From Octopus vulgaris (Eukaryota): 64,000 nt of DNA. The stretch's first letter is position 1. Every line of letters begins with the position of its first letter. Of this stretch, positions 15,071 to 28,945 are shown piece by piece. Both the position numbers and the translations under genes were made by a program. Location of the stretch: positions 14,446,001-14,510,000 of the forward strand of contig OX597818.1 of assembly GCA_951406725.2 (NCBI GenBank), given 5' to 3'. The notes under the pieces are model-generated. The model did not search any database. It saw only the letters and a program-made list of their open reading frames with translations, and was not told the origin of the DNA.

Positions 15071-15428
15071 GTGCCCTGGGAATGATAGCGAAAGGGGCTG
15101 ATTGCTGTGCCCTGGGGATGATAGCGAAAGGGGCTGATTGCTACCTAACTCAGATACCAGGAAACCCCAAAATGACAGAAATTCAAAAGATAGTGCTCAT
15201 GGGAACTGCTCATATCCTACGCAAAATACTCTCTATGTAATCCCAAGGCTTAAAACAAACTTTTTTTTAATTTATGTATTAGACATTCACTTGTACAACA
15301 CCACAAAAACCCAAATATATGGCACACTAGGCATAACAACAACGTGAACTTCCAACCTGTTGTCTCTTGAGGTCTCGGGGTGAGACTTGGAGCCAACTTG
15401 TACAGACATAAAGCAAAAATCAAACGTA
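15071..15428 (+). mobile_element. 5'-truncated R4/Dong LINE, same subfamily as 4278-5130
   Basis: ALGMIAKGADCYLTQIPGNPKMTEIQKIVLMGTAHILRKILSM*. 3' UTR matches 4940-5130. TAA repeats on both sides. Confidence 0.9.
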
Positions 15429-15444
15429 TAATAATAATAATAAT

Positions 15445-15643
15445 CCATTCTACTGTAGGTAAAAGGCGTGTAAATTTGGAGGAGGTGTAAGTCGATTACA
15501 TCGACCCCAGTACTCAGCTGGTACTTAATTTATGAACCACGGAAGGATGAAAAGCTAAGTCGACTTCGGCGGAATTTGAACTCAGAAAGTAGCCACACTG
15601 CTAAGCATTTCGTCCGGCGTGGTAACGCTTCTGCCAGCTCACT
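15445..15643 (-). mobile_element. Meta-type SINE
   Basis: Reverse complement of SINE head, body and tail. Confidence 0.8.
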
Positions 15644-15647
15644 GTTT

Positions 15648-15666
15648 AATAATAGTAATAATAATG

Positions 15667-15748
<82 letters not shown>

Positions 15749-15840
15749 TTGCAACAACGATGATTATGTTGAAGAAGAAGAAGAAGAAGAAGAAGAAGAA
15801 GAAGAAGAAGAAGAAGAAGAAGAAGAAGAAGAAGAAGACG
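15648..15840. repeat. (TAA)n followed by (GAA)n
   Basis: Direct inspection. Confidence 0.95.
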
Positions 15841-15921
15841 ACTATAAGAATGAAGAGGTACTTATCTAGTAAAGAAGACTGGATGTTGCAACATGTATGC
15901 ACACAAGAAAGCTGCAAAAAC

Positions 15922-16270
15922 GTTTGGATCAATCAAAAGGTTTTGATAGAGTCGACCACCAATATTTGGAAGCTGTCCAAGCATAGGCAGGTTTCGATCC
16001 CGTTTACAGAGGATAGATCCTTGGCTGCAACATACAGCGATAGCTGTTCGGTGGCCAAAGTGAATGGATAATTATCGGGATCCTATGGCATTATACATTC
16101 GTTCCATCAAGGATACACAATCTCACCCGTTCTGTACGTGCTGGTTTTTAAGCTATTTGCTACGGAAGCTGGATGTTTTGCGGGGCCTATCACGTGAACT
16201 AGGATGCGCAGCATACCCACCGGTACAAAATTCGGTACAAAATGCCGCTGAATTTCAGCAGACATTTGCT
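15922..16270 (+). mobile_element. Tx1/L1-clade LINE RT fragment, decayed
   Basis: LDQSKGFDRVDHQYL..AGF.PVYRG.I..KVNG.LSG..I.HS.HQGY.ISPVLYVL corresponds to the LD..KAFDRV and RQG.PLSP.L motifs. Confidence 0.75.
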
Positions 16271-16477
16271 TCCACTCAAATAGCAAAAATGCGTTAGTAA
16301 TGTTCGTCGGATAATTTTTCTGACTTAACTAGTCCCTATGTTTAATCACCTAGCACTCCCGATTGTAATCCTCTGGGTTACTAAGTGGACCCAAGTCTCC
16401 CAGATAGAAGGAAAATAAGTGTAAAAAACCGCATTATTTATGTGATGACCCTATATATATATTTATATATATATATA

Positions 16478-17602
16478 TCTTTATATATATAAAACTGAGA
16501 ATGTGTGTCTGTGTGTTTCCCTAAAACTTGAGAACTACACAACCAATTTTATTCAAATTTTACACATGCCTTACTTAGTGACTTTTTGCCTAGAGCGAGC
16601 CCAGAGCAATATCATATCTTTTCCACTACGATTCCCTAAAACTTGAGAACTACTCAACCAATTTCATTCAAATTTTACACCTGCCTTACTTAGGGCCAAT
16701 GTAGTTTCATCGGTGAAAAAAATGTTCAGCTTCTTGCCTAGAGCGAGCCCATAGCAATATCATATCTTCTCCACTATTTCAGTATTACGTGTTAAAAGTG
16801 AAACAAAAACATTTCTCTATTCTATGTCAGATACTTTCACTTTAACAATAAAAATAATAATAACAATTGAATTATATGTAGTAAGTAATAATTAAAATCA
16901 AACTAAAGTATAATATAATCGTAACATAAAAAAAGTAAAAATAGCAATTGGTATAAAATTGCATCAATGACTTGAACTTGAATAAGTGGTTTCACATGAA
17001 TGGGAATAAATTAAAAATAAAATTAGCGTGCAAAAATGGAATAGTCCAGATGGATGATAAACAATTAAATTAAAGAAAAACTATTGTCTATAAAGTATAC
17101 AATGTAGAGAAAAAAGAAGATTTGAACACATGGAGGAAAGCACCTTCGAAAAGTGTTTTGGTGCGACTATGAAAGATATCTAATCAGAGGCGGTAAATTC
17201 GCCACATTAGAAGCAAGGTTCGAGTCAACGGAGCGTGCAAGGGAGTACTCGTCTCGAACTTGCAAAGTGGAAATATTTTATTTTTACCTTTATATCTGGG
17301 ACGTAGAACGTCCCGGAAAAAAAATTTGAAATCAAACCCCCCCCCCCCGAATTAGAGATAGGCTGGATGGTAGCCACACTTCTATACAAGAGGGAGAACA
17401 AGATACAATTGATCGAAGTTACAAGAGACTGTTATATATTTTGAGTATTGTTATCAATCGCGATATCATGATATAACTTTGTATTTTGTATTTTATTTGT
17501 AGATGTATATATATAGATGTACATGTAATATGTACACATATATATACACATATATACATGCACTACCACTATGACCCGGCAACGACGGGTCTTTAATAAT
17601 AG
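16478..17602 (+). mobile_element. Non-autonomous Helitron
   Basis: 5' A|TC(tttatatatataaaactgagaatgtgtgtctg). 3' hairpin gacccg-gcaacga-cgggtc (17573-17591) followed by ATAG|T (CTAG-like end). Internal tandem duplication 16517-16775. Confidence 0.75.
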
Positions 17603-17654
<52 letters not shown>

Positions 17655-17656
<2 letters not shown>

Positions 17657-17830
17657 GTTTCCAAAATAACTTCATATATTCAACTTTTCTATTTCCTTCC
17701 ATGTAACTCTCTCATACCGTCTCTGCTCATTGGATATCTTTTATATCCCTGAACAGCTGTAAGACTACATTTCCTTTTATAAATGGCCTAGAAATTTCAC
17801 ACTGCCTTGGCTTTTTTGTCTCATTTCATT
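17655..17830 (+). mobile_element. Short element bordered by TA/CA repeats, carrying a decayed hammerhead ribozyme
   Basis: GTCT-ctgctca-tt-GGATAT-ctttt-ATATCC-ct-gaac-agctgta-AGAC at 17719-17765. Confidence 0.5.
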
Positions 17831-17930
17831 TAACATGCACGCACGCACAGACGCACACACACACACACATACACACACACACACGCACGCACACACACAC
17901 ACACTCACACACACAAACAAATATATATAT

Positions 17931-18006
17931 AGCGTCCAATAATACTATATTTGTTCCACGGCCTCCCGTTGTTGTGTTTTCTCTTTGTGTTTTCATGTTT
18001 GGATTA

Positions 18007-18011
<5 letters not shown>
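17931..18011 (+). mobile_element. 3' fragment of the hammerhead element family seen at 49538
   Basis: agcgtccaataatactat..ttgtgttttcatgtttggattaacttta is nearly identical to 49645-49725. TA repeats on both sides. Confidence 0.85.
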
Positions 18012-18053
<42 letters not shown>

Positions 18054-18160
18054 GTACTTAATCATTTAATGCACTCTGCCATAGGGATGCGCTACTTACG
18101 ACTTGTAGGTCCAGCAGGAATCTTTGAATAGTGTACGTTATCATAAGCATTCACACACAC

Positions 18161-18195
<35 letters not shown>

Positions 18196-18359
18196 GGTGT
18201 ATATATATATATATATTACGTACGCGTACTTATTCAATTTGCCCAAGCTAATTCAGGTTCCATGGCACCCACGCATATAGATAGTTCATTCTATTGCGTA
18301 TCATCAGAAGACATTCATCTAGATTGCTGATAACAATTAGTCCTGTGAGTTCTCTGAAG

Positions 18360-20320
18360 ATATATGTGTATATATGCGGGGTGGGGTGTATTTAATGTTA
18401 AATGTTATTAGGGGTGCGTGTTTGTGTACGATTTATGATGATGATATGAGTATGTGTATGTGAGAATATGTATGTTATACCATGGCATTTGTATGTGTAT
18501 GTACGTATGCGCAGTTACACTAACACGAACACGTACATATGTGTGTGTATGTATACACACACACACACATGTTTATATACACATATTTTCCGATTTATTC
18601 TTAAAATACATACAATGTATTTGTAATGTTAACTCGCTATATTACACTCACGCACATATTCATACTCTTGTAGACATACGCACACATCAACATTTATAAA
18701 CTTAACTCTCAGATGTAAATTAACTCCATAAATCACACTGATCACGCGCACACATATACACACGCGCACACATATATGTACATTCTCACACGCAAATACA
18801 CGCACAAAGACATTGTAACACGATAAAGCTTACAAATACTCGCAATTTTTTGAGCTCATAAATTAATAAGATAAAGAGCATGCCCGTACATAGACTCACA
18901 CACATACACACCGCACTCTTTCTTTCTCACGCACATACAATCGCTTTATCTCTCTCACGCACACACTCTTTCTCACACATGTTTTCTCTCTCTCTCTCTC
19001 TCACACACATGTTCTCTTACTCATATCCATACACACATACACGCACGCAAATTCACGTGCTATAATTTACACAAAAACATTCGCAGTTTTTCACATGCAT
19101 AAGATAAACTACGTACATCCACACATTCACAAACAAACAAACAACCACAATACTTGTACGTTAACGCGATAAATTCACGAACACATGCATAAACTTAGAG
19201 AAAATTTCGAACGTATATAACACACACAGAAATGCATGTGAATATAGTAATCCATGCGCACGAATAGACTCACACACACGAACATATACGCGCATATCAC
19301 CACATGTTCACACGAAGTAACACTGATAATTTTTCCCACACATCTTCTACGAAAACCATAACACGTACAAACTTTTCGCACAACACAACTATACGTGTAC
19401 TTCGAAATTCTGCTCACTCAGACACATATATGCACAACACTATTTGCACAATACATCAACTCACATTCCACCAGACAAACATACATACGGAGATAGAAGC
19501 ATACTCCCATACACACAGACACCTACATCAACGTACTTAACACTTACAACAGCATACCGATACGCACAAATACACACGCACCCTCGCACACACATACACC
19601 CACTCGCATATATACATATGCAGCTTTCTGAAAAATTATTACATTCATCGGTGCCCAATTGACACATGTAATACAAGCTCTCTCACACAATTACAAGCAC
19701 AGTACACACTCACACACATACACTCACATGCACACACAACTACACAAAGGAACTCATATTCACAAGCATATCTTTCTTACGCAACCGCAAATATGATAAA
19801 AAATAGCTATAAACACATGCACACATTAAAACAAGAAGACGATATCCTCTATATGCATTCATACACTTATACACATGCTCAAACAGAAACATGCATTAAT
19901 TCGATATAAGATACATATACGCTAAAACACACATACACACGCACATGCAAATCATACCCTCATCTTCCTAGTTTGTAATTTGAGATAATAAACATCACTA
20001 GTGTTTCCGTTTAATCCCTAAGCATACTTTATTTCATATACAACTCCACATACAGCAAAGCCTACATACCCACAAATTTAGACATGTACACGACAAATAC
20101 ATACACCAACACAGCTTATAAATCAAGCACTGACACACGCACGTACATACTCATTAAAACGGTATGACATACATATACATATATACGTGCTCTTGCGTGC
20201 ATACATCATAAATTATATACACTCATACTAACTCGTTGAAAATATATAAGTTCGTCAACATACTCATACACAAACACATATACGCACACATTCACACACA
20301 CACACATCATGTCGCTCTCA
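18360..20320. repeat. ~2 kb decayed CA/TA-rich low-complexity tract
   Basis: Continuous degenerate acac/atac motifs. Confidence 0.8.
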
Positions 20321-20602
20321 ATTGCTACTGATAACATCGTTGACGACGAAACCACTAACCTCACCAAGCTTGCTTATTGAGGCGAGTGATTATACAAGTC
20401 CACAGAATTTAGAGACAGAAATGTTTTTGTTGAACAGACACACTTTTTCGAGATCAGTCCAGATATGCTATTCGTTTTCACTAATCACATCAAGAATTTT
20501 GTATACACTCTACCTCGATTTTGCACCCCGCAAAAATGCAGTTTTTCCTTAATTTTATGTCCTAGTCTGACTTTGGAGCAATGGGCTAACGTGTGAAAAA
20601 TG

Positions 20603-20746
20603 TTTTTACTCCTTTCAGTCATGTAGACTGCGGCCATGCTGGTGCACCGCTTTGGCGTACTCTAGTCAAACACATGGATCCCAGGACTTGTTTTTTAAGC
20701 CTGGTACTAATTCTATCGGTTATCTTTTGCCGAACTGCTAGTTACA
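20603..20746 (-). mobile_element. 3' tail of the CORE-like SINE family (full copy at 51744)
   Basis: tttcagtcat..gactgcggccatgctggtgcaccgc is the reverse complement of about 52090-52130. Confidence 0.85.
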
Positions 20747-21675
20747 TAATTTTGATTGCAATTAAATATATTAACTGTGCTCACCGTGGGTATTGAATAT
20801 ACGTTCGAACAATAGTTTTCTCGGTCTCCCTCTCTCAACCTCTCCCTCGCCTTCTCTCACTCTCTGTCTCACTCTCTCTCTCTCTCTCCAGTCCCTTTTC
20901 CCGCTCTGTCTCCCTCTCTCTCGAGCGCGCACGTGCTCACCTCACACAAACACGTCGTCTACAGCTTTCTGTAAGCCCAAGGAAATAAATTATAGACTAT
21001 AGCAATACATATAGTAATTAAGATTATAGAGAATCACATAATGTGAGAGACAAGCTGAGAATTAGTAACAGCTTAGTGATGCACACAGAGATAAATTATA
21101 TAATTTAGAAAAGAAAAACTAATTAAGACAAGTTACGATGAAGATTTTAGTAAATAGTGTTTTGCATATGTACGTCATTTAGATGGTCCTTTATTCGTTC
21201 ACTTTTTTCTATACAAAATGCTGCGACAACATGGTAGCTGTGTTGATTTTGAACCTTTGGCACTTTGGTTGTTTTTCCATACGTTCATTTTTCTTGGGGG
21301 CGGGGTCCTTTTTTTATTTTCGGCATTGAGGCTTTCACCACATTTGGCTTTTTGTCCTTTGTAATCCATTTCCCTACAAGTTGATGAGGATGCTGCCGAT
21401 ATGGGATGCTACAAATTAACTCGCTTTTTTTGAGACTGAAGATTAAGTTGGGCTCATTTGAAACTTCAGCTGTTGTTAAGAAGTTATGATGTGAAATTGT
21501 TGGAGAAATTTAGCGTGCATGCAGACCATTATACAATTCACAGCAAGCATGATATTTTTCGCAGCACAGCTATATTCATATGTGTCTCTCTTGAGGATCC
21601 ATTGGACTGCATCATAAAAGGCATACACACTAACTGCTTGCATCTATTTCTTTTATCATCACCAAAATAAATCTT

Positions 21676-21861
21676 AATGCCAGCAATTTTGGTAGAGGGA
21701 GTAAGTCGATTATATTGATTCTAGTGTTCAAGTGATATTTATTTCATCGACTCCAAAAGGACGATAGGCAAAGTTGACTTCGGTGGAATTAGAACAAAGA
21801 ATGTAAAGACGGACAAAGTGCTGCTAAGAATTTTGCCCGACGTGTTAATGATTCTGCCAGG
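21676..21861 (-). mobile_element. Meta-type SINE
   Basis: Reverse-complement match to the family. Confidence 0.75.
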
Positions 21862-21894
21862 TATTTTGTACCCAGCCAATGCACTGAGGAAGAC

Positions 21895-22090
21895 GACGAA
21901 CTGGCAGCATCATTAGCACACCGGGCAAAATACACAGCGGCGTTTCTGAGTTCACTTTCCGCCGAGGTCAACTTTGCCATCCATCCTCTCGAGGTCACTA
22001 AAATAAGCACCAATTAAGCAGTGGATGTCTATGTAATCGATTTCTTCCCTCACCCGGAATTGCTTGCTTTGTGCCAAAATTTTTAATCAA
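21895..22090 (+). mobile_element. Meta-type SINE
   Basis: gaactggcagcatcattagcacaccggg..gccgaggtcaactttgcc..gtgccaaaattt. Confidence 0.8.
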
Positions 22091-22369
22091 TATCAGATGT
22101 ATGTTACTACAGCGAACAAACTATGCAAGACAAAGTTTAAGTGAGGCTAAATACCTTACTCGAAATTTAATAAATTAAGACATGAGAATCCAGCCAATCG
22201 CTGCAATAAATCTAAACTCATATTCTTCACAGCTGCAGCAGATTAATGATACATAAATCAAACACTTCACACTATTAAACTGAAGTCCGTACACAAGAAC
22301 GCAAGCACACACACACACACATTGACACATATATGAAACATAGTCACCAACTTATAATCACCAACAAAT

Positions 22370-22427
<58 letters not shown>

Positions 22428-22429
<2 letters not shown>

Positions 22430-22585
22430 GACGGGCTTCTTTCAGTTTCCGCCTACCAAGTGCACTCACAAGGTTTGGTTGCCCCGATGCTAGGGTAGAA
22501 GACACTTGCCCAAGGTGCCACGCAGTGGGACTGAACCCGGAACCATGCAGTTATAAAGCAAGCTACTTACAACACAGCCACTCTC
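22428..22585 (-). mobile_element. 5' half of CORE-like tRNA SINE
   Basis: Reverse complement of about 51750-51908 (gacacttgcccaaggtgccacgcagtgggactgaacccggaacc). Confidence 0.9.
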
Positions 22586-24596
22586 CAAACTTATTTTCGT
22601 ATAACACTGCCTTTCCTCGAATTCATCGCTTGTATTTTTAAAGTCTTTCATCTCTTATCTTCAAGCTGAGCGTTTTTCTAACTGTCCAAAGTTAATAACT
22701 CATCCTTAACAATGTTTATATATAACGAGTATCACTTTTTCAGCTTTTTTTTCTAAATCCAAAATACATCAACAATCTATATAATATTATATATCACACA
22801 GATATTTTAGAAAATCGTTGTGTGGTGTCGTAGGGTTTTATAGATATATTTTCACTTCAAAGCCTTTAACTAAGATTACCCATGCAATTAGGCGTAGTCA
22901 AAATCTATAAACAATTACAAAGGACATAGCTTCAGTAATATCTGAAAATTGCAGTAACATGTATATCTTGACTTTACAGCCGAAAACAAGTAACATGGTG
23001 CCATCTTGTTAAATCTCTTCAGTGAAATATATTTATCTCAGTTAATATGAATTAGAAATGATCAAAGCATAAATAAACAAAAGGAATGTAATGATGCTGA
23101 TTGCAACTATCACAATTGGACTGGGAGAAATTCAAGAATGTTTTCTACATTGCACACACGAAAGTGTTTTATATATATAATAGTGAGTGAGGTAATTTCA
23201 CTTCGGTGATCTTGCTTCTTGTAAACCGATATTGAATTGTATAATAAATGCATGGATAATCGTAATTAATCAAAAATATTCAACTAACTATATCACATGT
23301 GGGAAAGCAAACTATATGCGTAATTAGCATATAAATCGCTTCCTACAAGCATTAGTCTCACTCCAATTACTGATTTACGGAGGAATGTTTCTAAACAGCT
23401 GAAAATATCTAGCCGTCATAATCTCATCGTGTTAGAAACGTAACAGCTCGAAGGTCAACATTCTGACTGCCACTATCACCCATCAATCTTCTCTCTTGAT
23501 TCAGAAAGGTCGTGTTGCTACTGCTGTTGTAATTTTTGTTGTTGTCATTGTTCTTCCTGTTGTTGTTGGTTTAATTATTGTTATTGTAGGTGGCGTTGTT
23601 GTAACAAATGTTGCTTTTATATTTCTCTTGGTTCTCTCACCAAACGCTCTTTATTTGCCAGGTTATCATTTTGCCTCCAAATCTTCCGAGATGTTATGAA
23701 TGACCAACTGATCTCGTGTCTGCCTCCTCGTTTTCGGCCTTAAAATTCTTCATTTTACCTAATGATTTATGCATCGAAATGTCTAGCTGCAGAATTTTCA
23801 CTATCACCATAATCATAAAACAACACAATACATTCAACAGCAGCAATATCAACGCTGACAACGCGCGACCAACAACACTAATACCATTAATATCAGCATC
23901 ATCACCAATAAGAACAATAGCACATCCACTACTATCATTAGCAACACTAATTACAACAGCACGATCACAACAACCAACAACAAGCCAATTAGAGACCCTG
24001 AACACTTTCACTCGACCTACAAAACATATCAACTACACCCCTGTTAAATTTTCTATTAGATATTCTAGTCAGACGCATACATATCGATGTTATGCTTTCA
24101 GCATTCAATGCCTTTGATGATAAATTTATTTTCTCAGAGTTGATCATCAACAATTATAAAAACTAGCGGGTGATGCGATGAATCGGTTGTTCTGTTTAAC
24201 GCCCCAGCCTGAATAAGACTTGGCTACATTCAGTCCAAATATTAGATCTATGTCGCCGGCTTCACGATAGCCTTCTCATTTTAGACTCGAATGACCTGTG
24301 AAAAGATCATGGATACACTTCCCCACCACTTCTGATTAAGCCAAAAATACTACAAAAAATACCACCCCCTACACCAATATAACTATCGGAAGCAACTAAG
24401 CATTTACATAAAACCCATCTTACATGGTTTTTTCTGTCTGCTGAATATTTCAAAACCGTTTCAAAATAAATTTATCTTTTCTGCATTAAAATTTGCAAAA
24501 CGGTTTTTTCGTCTACTTACTATTACTATAGAAAAAAAAAATGACTACACACGCACACACAAACATACATCTACTCACACACACATGCGCGCTCAT

Positions 24597-24634
<38 letters not shown>

Positions 24635-24859
24635 GTGTAGAGAGAGAGAGAGAGAGATGCATTTATTATTTTGGAGCCAAAGTGACAGCGTTTTGTTTTT
24701 ATTTTAAACTTTGATGTATATTTTAAAATAAGTATTTATTTAGATATCTTCATGAAATACACCATTTTAACATTTCGGTCTGTTGCTTTATGTTAATGGT
24801 TTCTTTCTTCATTGTTTATTCCTGTTTATTTTGGCTGTTGAATTAAACATGGCATAAAA

Positions 24860-25080
24860 AGCAAATTCAAACAAAGTTATTATATGACTTCAAATTTAAA
24901 TGCTAGGCAGGAAAGCCTAGCATTTGGGTATAGCGTGGTCATTAAACATAGCGTCAATATTTGTATCAAAACATTGTGGAGACGAAAGTCTCACAAATGA
25001 GAAATCTCGTGGACGAACATTTGCAATTGACAACGAACAGTTGAAAACCATTACTGAAGTGAACCCATGCAAGTTGTAGA
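24860..25080 (+). mobile_element. Mariner N-terminal (HTH) remnant
   Basis: GDESLTNEKSRGRTFAIDNEQLKTITEVNP resembles the mariner GD.SLED..RSGRP..D...L..I.E.DP motif. Confidence 0.65.
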
Positions 25081-25289
25081 ACACAGAATGCAAATGCTAC
25101 TTGAAGTTAATTAATTATTAGTATATTTCCCTCTTCAGACCAATTAAAACATTTTCCTATTTCCTTTCAGATTCCTTAGAGAAGATAAAAGGCTAATACC
25201 ATAAATGAAAAGACCTGCAGTCGTTATGAACATATCAATGAAAAACTGCGATCTAACAAGTGCCAAATTTCTAAATTTTGCAACAAATT

Positions 25290-25512
25290 TGTTTCTTTAT
25301 TGCCCACAAGGGGCTAAACATAGAGGGGACAAACAAGGACAGACAAAGGGATTAAGTCGATTGCATTGACCCCAGTGCATAACTGGTACTTATTTAATCG
25401 ACTCCGAAAGGATGAAAGGCAAAATCAACCTCGGCGACATTTGAACTCAGAACGTAACGGCAGACGAAATACCGCTAAGCATTTCGCCCGGCCTGCTAAC
25501 AATTCTGCTAAG
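25290..25512 (-). mobile_element. Meta-type SINE, long-tail variant
   Basis: Tail reads tttgtctgtccttgtttgtcccctctatgtttagccccttgtgggcaataaagaaa on the minus strand. Confidence 0.9.
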
Positions 25513-25514
25513 CC

Positions 25515-25840
25515 CCCAAAACAAAGCCCACGTAACCTAAGAACAGAATATGGTGACAATTTTTACGATCATGTTACACCAAACCTGGGCCATCATACTC
25601 GCCAGATTTAATCCCATGGATGTTGTTGAAAAGGATACTGATGGATATTATCACTATAACATAGCTTCACTGAATGTGGTGTTTTTGTCCCAAAGAAATA
25701 AGAACAATATAATGCAGGAATGTCAACTATTACGGCCCTGCATTGAAACACTCATCGAATCTGGAAACAGGCTCATCGATTAATATTATTAGAAAACCTA
25801 TCGGGAATACGTGCAAATTTTTTTATTAAAGTACCTTTAT
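25515..25840 (+). mobile_element. Tc1/mariner-superfamily (maT/DD37D-like) transposase C-terminal remnant
   Basis: With frameshifts: NFYDHVTPNL.PSYSPD.NPMD-VVEKDT..CQLLRPCIETLIESG, the SPDLNP motif and typical C-terminus. Confidence 0.6.
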
Positions 25841-26877
25841 TTTTGCTCGATTAGAGTTGTTTTATATCCTCAAATACCTTCCGCACTCTGTAGTCACACG
25901 TACGTTGATTCATTGGAAATACATAAAAACAAAGGAAGCTCTAAATTAATACATTTATTGAGTTTATTGAGGAATTTCATATTCCCTTAGTTTTTTTTTA
26001 GCAACAATAATCTTACATACTAATCCTACAGTTTATTGAACCTCTCAGGCTCACAATAGAACTGAGGCAAGGATGATATGCAATGTTTTTTTTGTGCACG
26101 ATGTTATGGAAATGTTCTTACAACTTGTAAGTGGGTAACATCAGATTTTTAAAGGTATACATCAGTTGAGATTACATGGTATATTTTACGTATGATATAT
26201 GTGTGTGGTATTTTGGTTTGTTTTTATTTTAAAAAAACGTTTCATATTCATTCTCCGTACTTATTTCTTTGTGGTATTCTAAATACATTTGTCAAATACT
26301 ATTATTCTATCAATTTTTATCTGTGTATCGTATTATGAGTTTTGGCTCTTTTTTTATATATGCATAGTAAGATAATGAAATACAGCGGAACTTGTGCGTT
26401 TGATGTTACAATCTACATCCTGAAGTATACAACTTTTCTTTGTACATTGAAATTTTTATATATACATTATTTGTTTAAAGTACAAACAATGTAAAATCCA
26501 GTGCTGACGTTTTCATAAGTTGCAAAAGTATTTCCAAACCGCTTTACAACCTATAGCAAAGCATATGAACAATATGCCGTTCTTACCATTTTCCGATGGT
26601 GAAGTCGAGGGGTTGTAGAAAGTTCATAGACTAAAGGATTTAGGAACGTTACTGTTAAAATTTAGTAGATGAATAAAGGACGAAGATAGAAAAGCATCAG
26701 TAGAAAAGATTAGTGTGGAGTATAGTCGGGCCATTAATATAAGACATTTGAAGGAAAAGTCATTTCCACTTAAATTGCATTCTAAAAATTTTGTAAAGTT
26801 TCAATATCAAAATTCAGAATTTCTCTTCATACATTGTTTTAAGTTATAGGCCTGACCCAATAGAAAAGGAGTACAGT

Positions 26878-27095
26878 AAACTTCTCGAGTCATACCGACA
26901 CATAGGGGTCGGTTTCCCGGCACAAATATTCACCACCTGGCCGGTCTGTCGGAGGATTACGTATTTTTGCTGGATGAGTGGAGAGGAGCAATTTGAAATG
27001 GAGTGTTTTGCTCAAGAGCACAACGCATCGCCCGGTCCAGGAATCGAAACTGCAATCTTAGGAAGATGCGTCCAACACCTTAACCACGTGCCACC
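26878..27095 (-). mobile_element. tRNA-derived SINE (further family), decayed
   Basis: Minus strand has a B-box-like gtttcgattcctggaccgggcgatgcgttgtgctcttgagcaaaacac. Confidence 0.7.
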
Positions 27096-28659
27096 ACTGC
27101 TGTAATAGGCCCATACATAACAGTTATTATAAATATAAATTGGATAAACATTTTCTTTAGAGTTGATGGAATATCGTAAAAAGTCATCATAGTGGAGTTC
27201 TAACTAGAGTTTATAATTCAACCAGCTCGATCTTTCTTGCATTTCGGCGTTTTCCACAACAGTTTTTTCCAGTTTATATTTTAGAAAATCTATCATTACG
27301 AATTTTAAAAAAAAGGAATTGAGTATATACTTGGACTTTCAGTGTAACTGTCCTAGAGAAATCAGAATTTCTCGTCTTCTATTTCGGAATTTTCCCACAT
27401 TTGAATAAACTCGCGGGTGGACTTCTTTAAAACATTTTACCCATGCTGCTTTAAACGTCTACTCATACACTCATCGTACCTTCGGAACACAGGACACCAC
27501 TTTTTATTTCTATTTTTCATCATGTTGTAGTATTCCACATTTTGAAACGCTTAAGATGCAATTCAAGTGAACTCTTCACACACAGATGAGCTGCACAGAG
27601 ACAGATTTCACAATATTTATTTTTAATTAAAACACCAGTCTATGTGATTCTTGGATTTCAGTAATGAGGAAACAGGAATAATGGAGGAAGAACTGGTTTC
27701 CCTTTAAAATTATATTCAGCAGGTGGCAAAGATAAACAAATAATCATATCAAGATTTTTTACTGCAAAATTACATTTTCTAACTGCTACCCTGCAATGCG
27801 GAACGAAATCAAGATGTACTTTATTGCCCTTCCAACATCATATTCAGCAGATTGGGGCTCCCATGCGGTTGCCCAGCTTCTTTCTAAGCAAAGTAAAATA
27901 AAAATGAAAAATTATTGAACGCGGAGACCTACCACTACTTATTTGTACCTTTCCACCAGATGGCAAGAGGACCATCCTTGAACAATGTACGCCCATCGCA
28001 TTATAAATATGAAAATATCGGAGTTACACGTGATATGTAAATTTATACTTTCATATTGTAAAAACAGCAAAATAATTAGTTAACAAGGTTAAGTTTATTT
28101 AGAAAATACAATTGCTTTGAATTCATAGTAGAAAGAACTGTATGTTTATGGTGGTATGTGTGTGTGGTGGTGGGGTTCTATGTATATGGACTGGGTGCCA
28201 AGGGGCTATCCATGATGATATTATAGTGAGTTGTCAATTAGAATTTAATGCCATGCAGTATTCAAAGTGTGCCTATATATGTATATATGTATGCATACAC
28301 AGACACTCACATGCACAGACTAACACGCATACCTATACACCTCAATTTATACACTCACATAGAGAGACACAAACAAATACACAGCCCATACTTTTTTCAC
28401 CAGTTTTGAATAACTGAATAAGCTATATGAATATTGAATGTTTTATTCTCATTTATAAACGCAAAATATACGTGCTTAGGCATACACACATGCACATACA
28501 TATTTAAAGGTGAATCTGAATGTGTCACTATGTAGGCTTCTTGGTTCCTTTTGTTTAAAAACATGAACAGAGATGCATTCATATTCACATTTGAATAAAT
28601 ATTATTCTACTTTCCTTGAGTTATTTAGTACTCTATTATATTTCATATTTACTCATGCA

Positions 28660-28690
28660 ATATATGTATACGTACATGTATATATATATA

Positions 28691-28764
<74 letters not shown>

Positions 28765-28800
28765 ACGTACATGTATATATATATATATATATTATATATG

Positions 28801-28836
<36 letters not shown>

Positions 28837-28945
28837 TGTATGTATGTATGTATGTATGTATGTATGTATGTGTGTGTGTGTGTAAGTGTGTATACACACA
28901 GATATGTATATATATGTGTGTATGTATATATGCATATATGTGTAT
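28660..28945. repeat. (TA)n / (TATG)n / (TG)n microsatellite
   Basis: Direct inspection. Confidence 0.95.

Noticed and set aside
23496-24117. Hydrophobic and Thr-rich ORFs
   Set aside because: They derive from decayed GTT/CAA trinucleotide low-complexity sequence.
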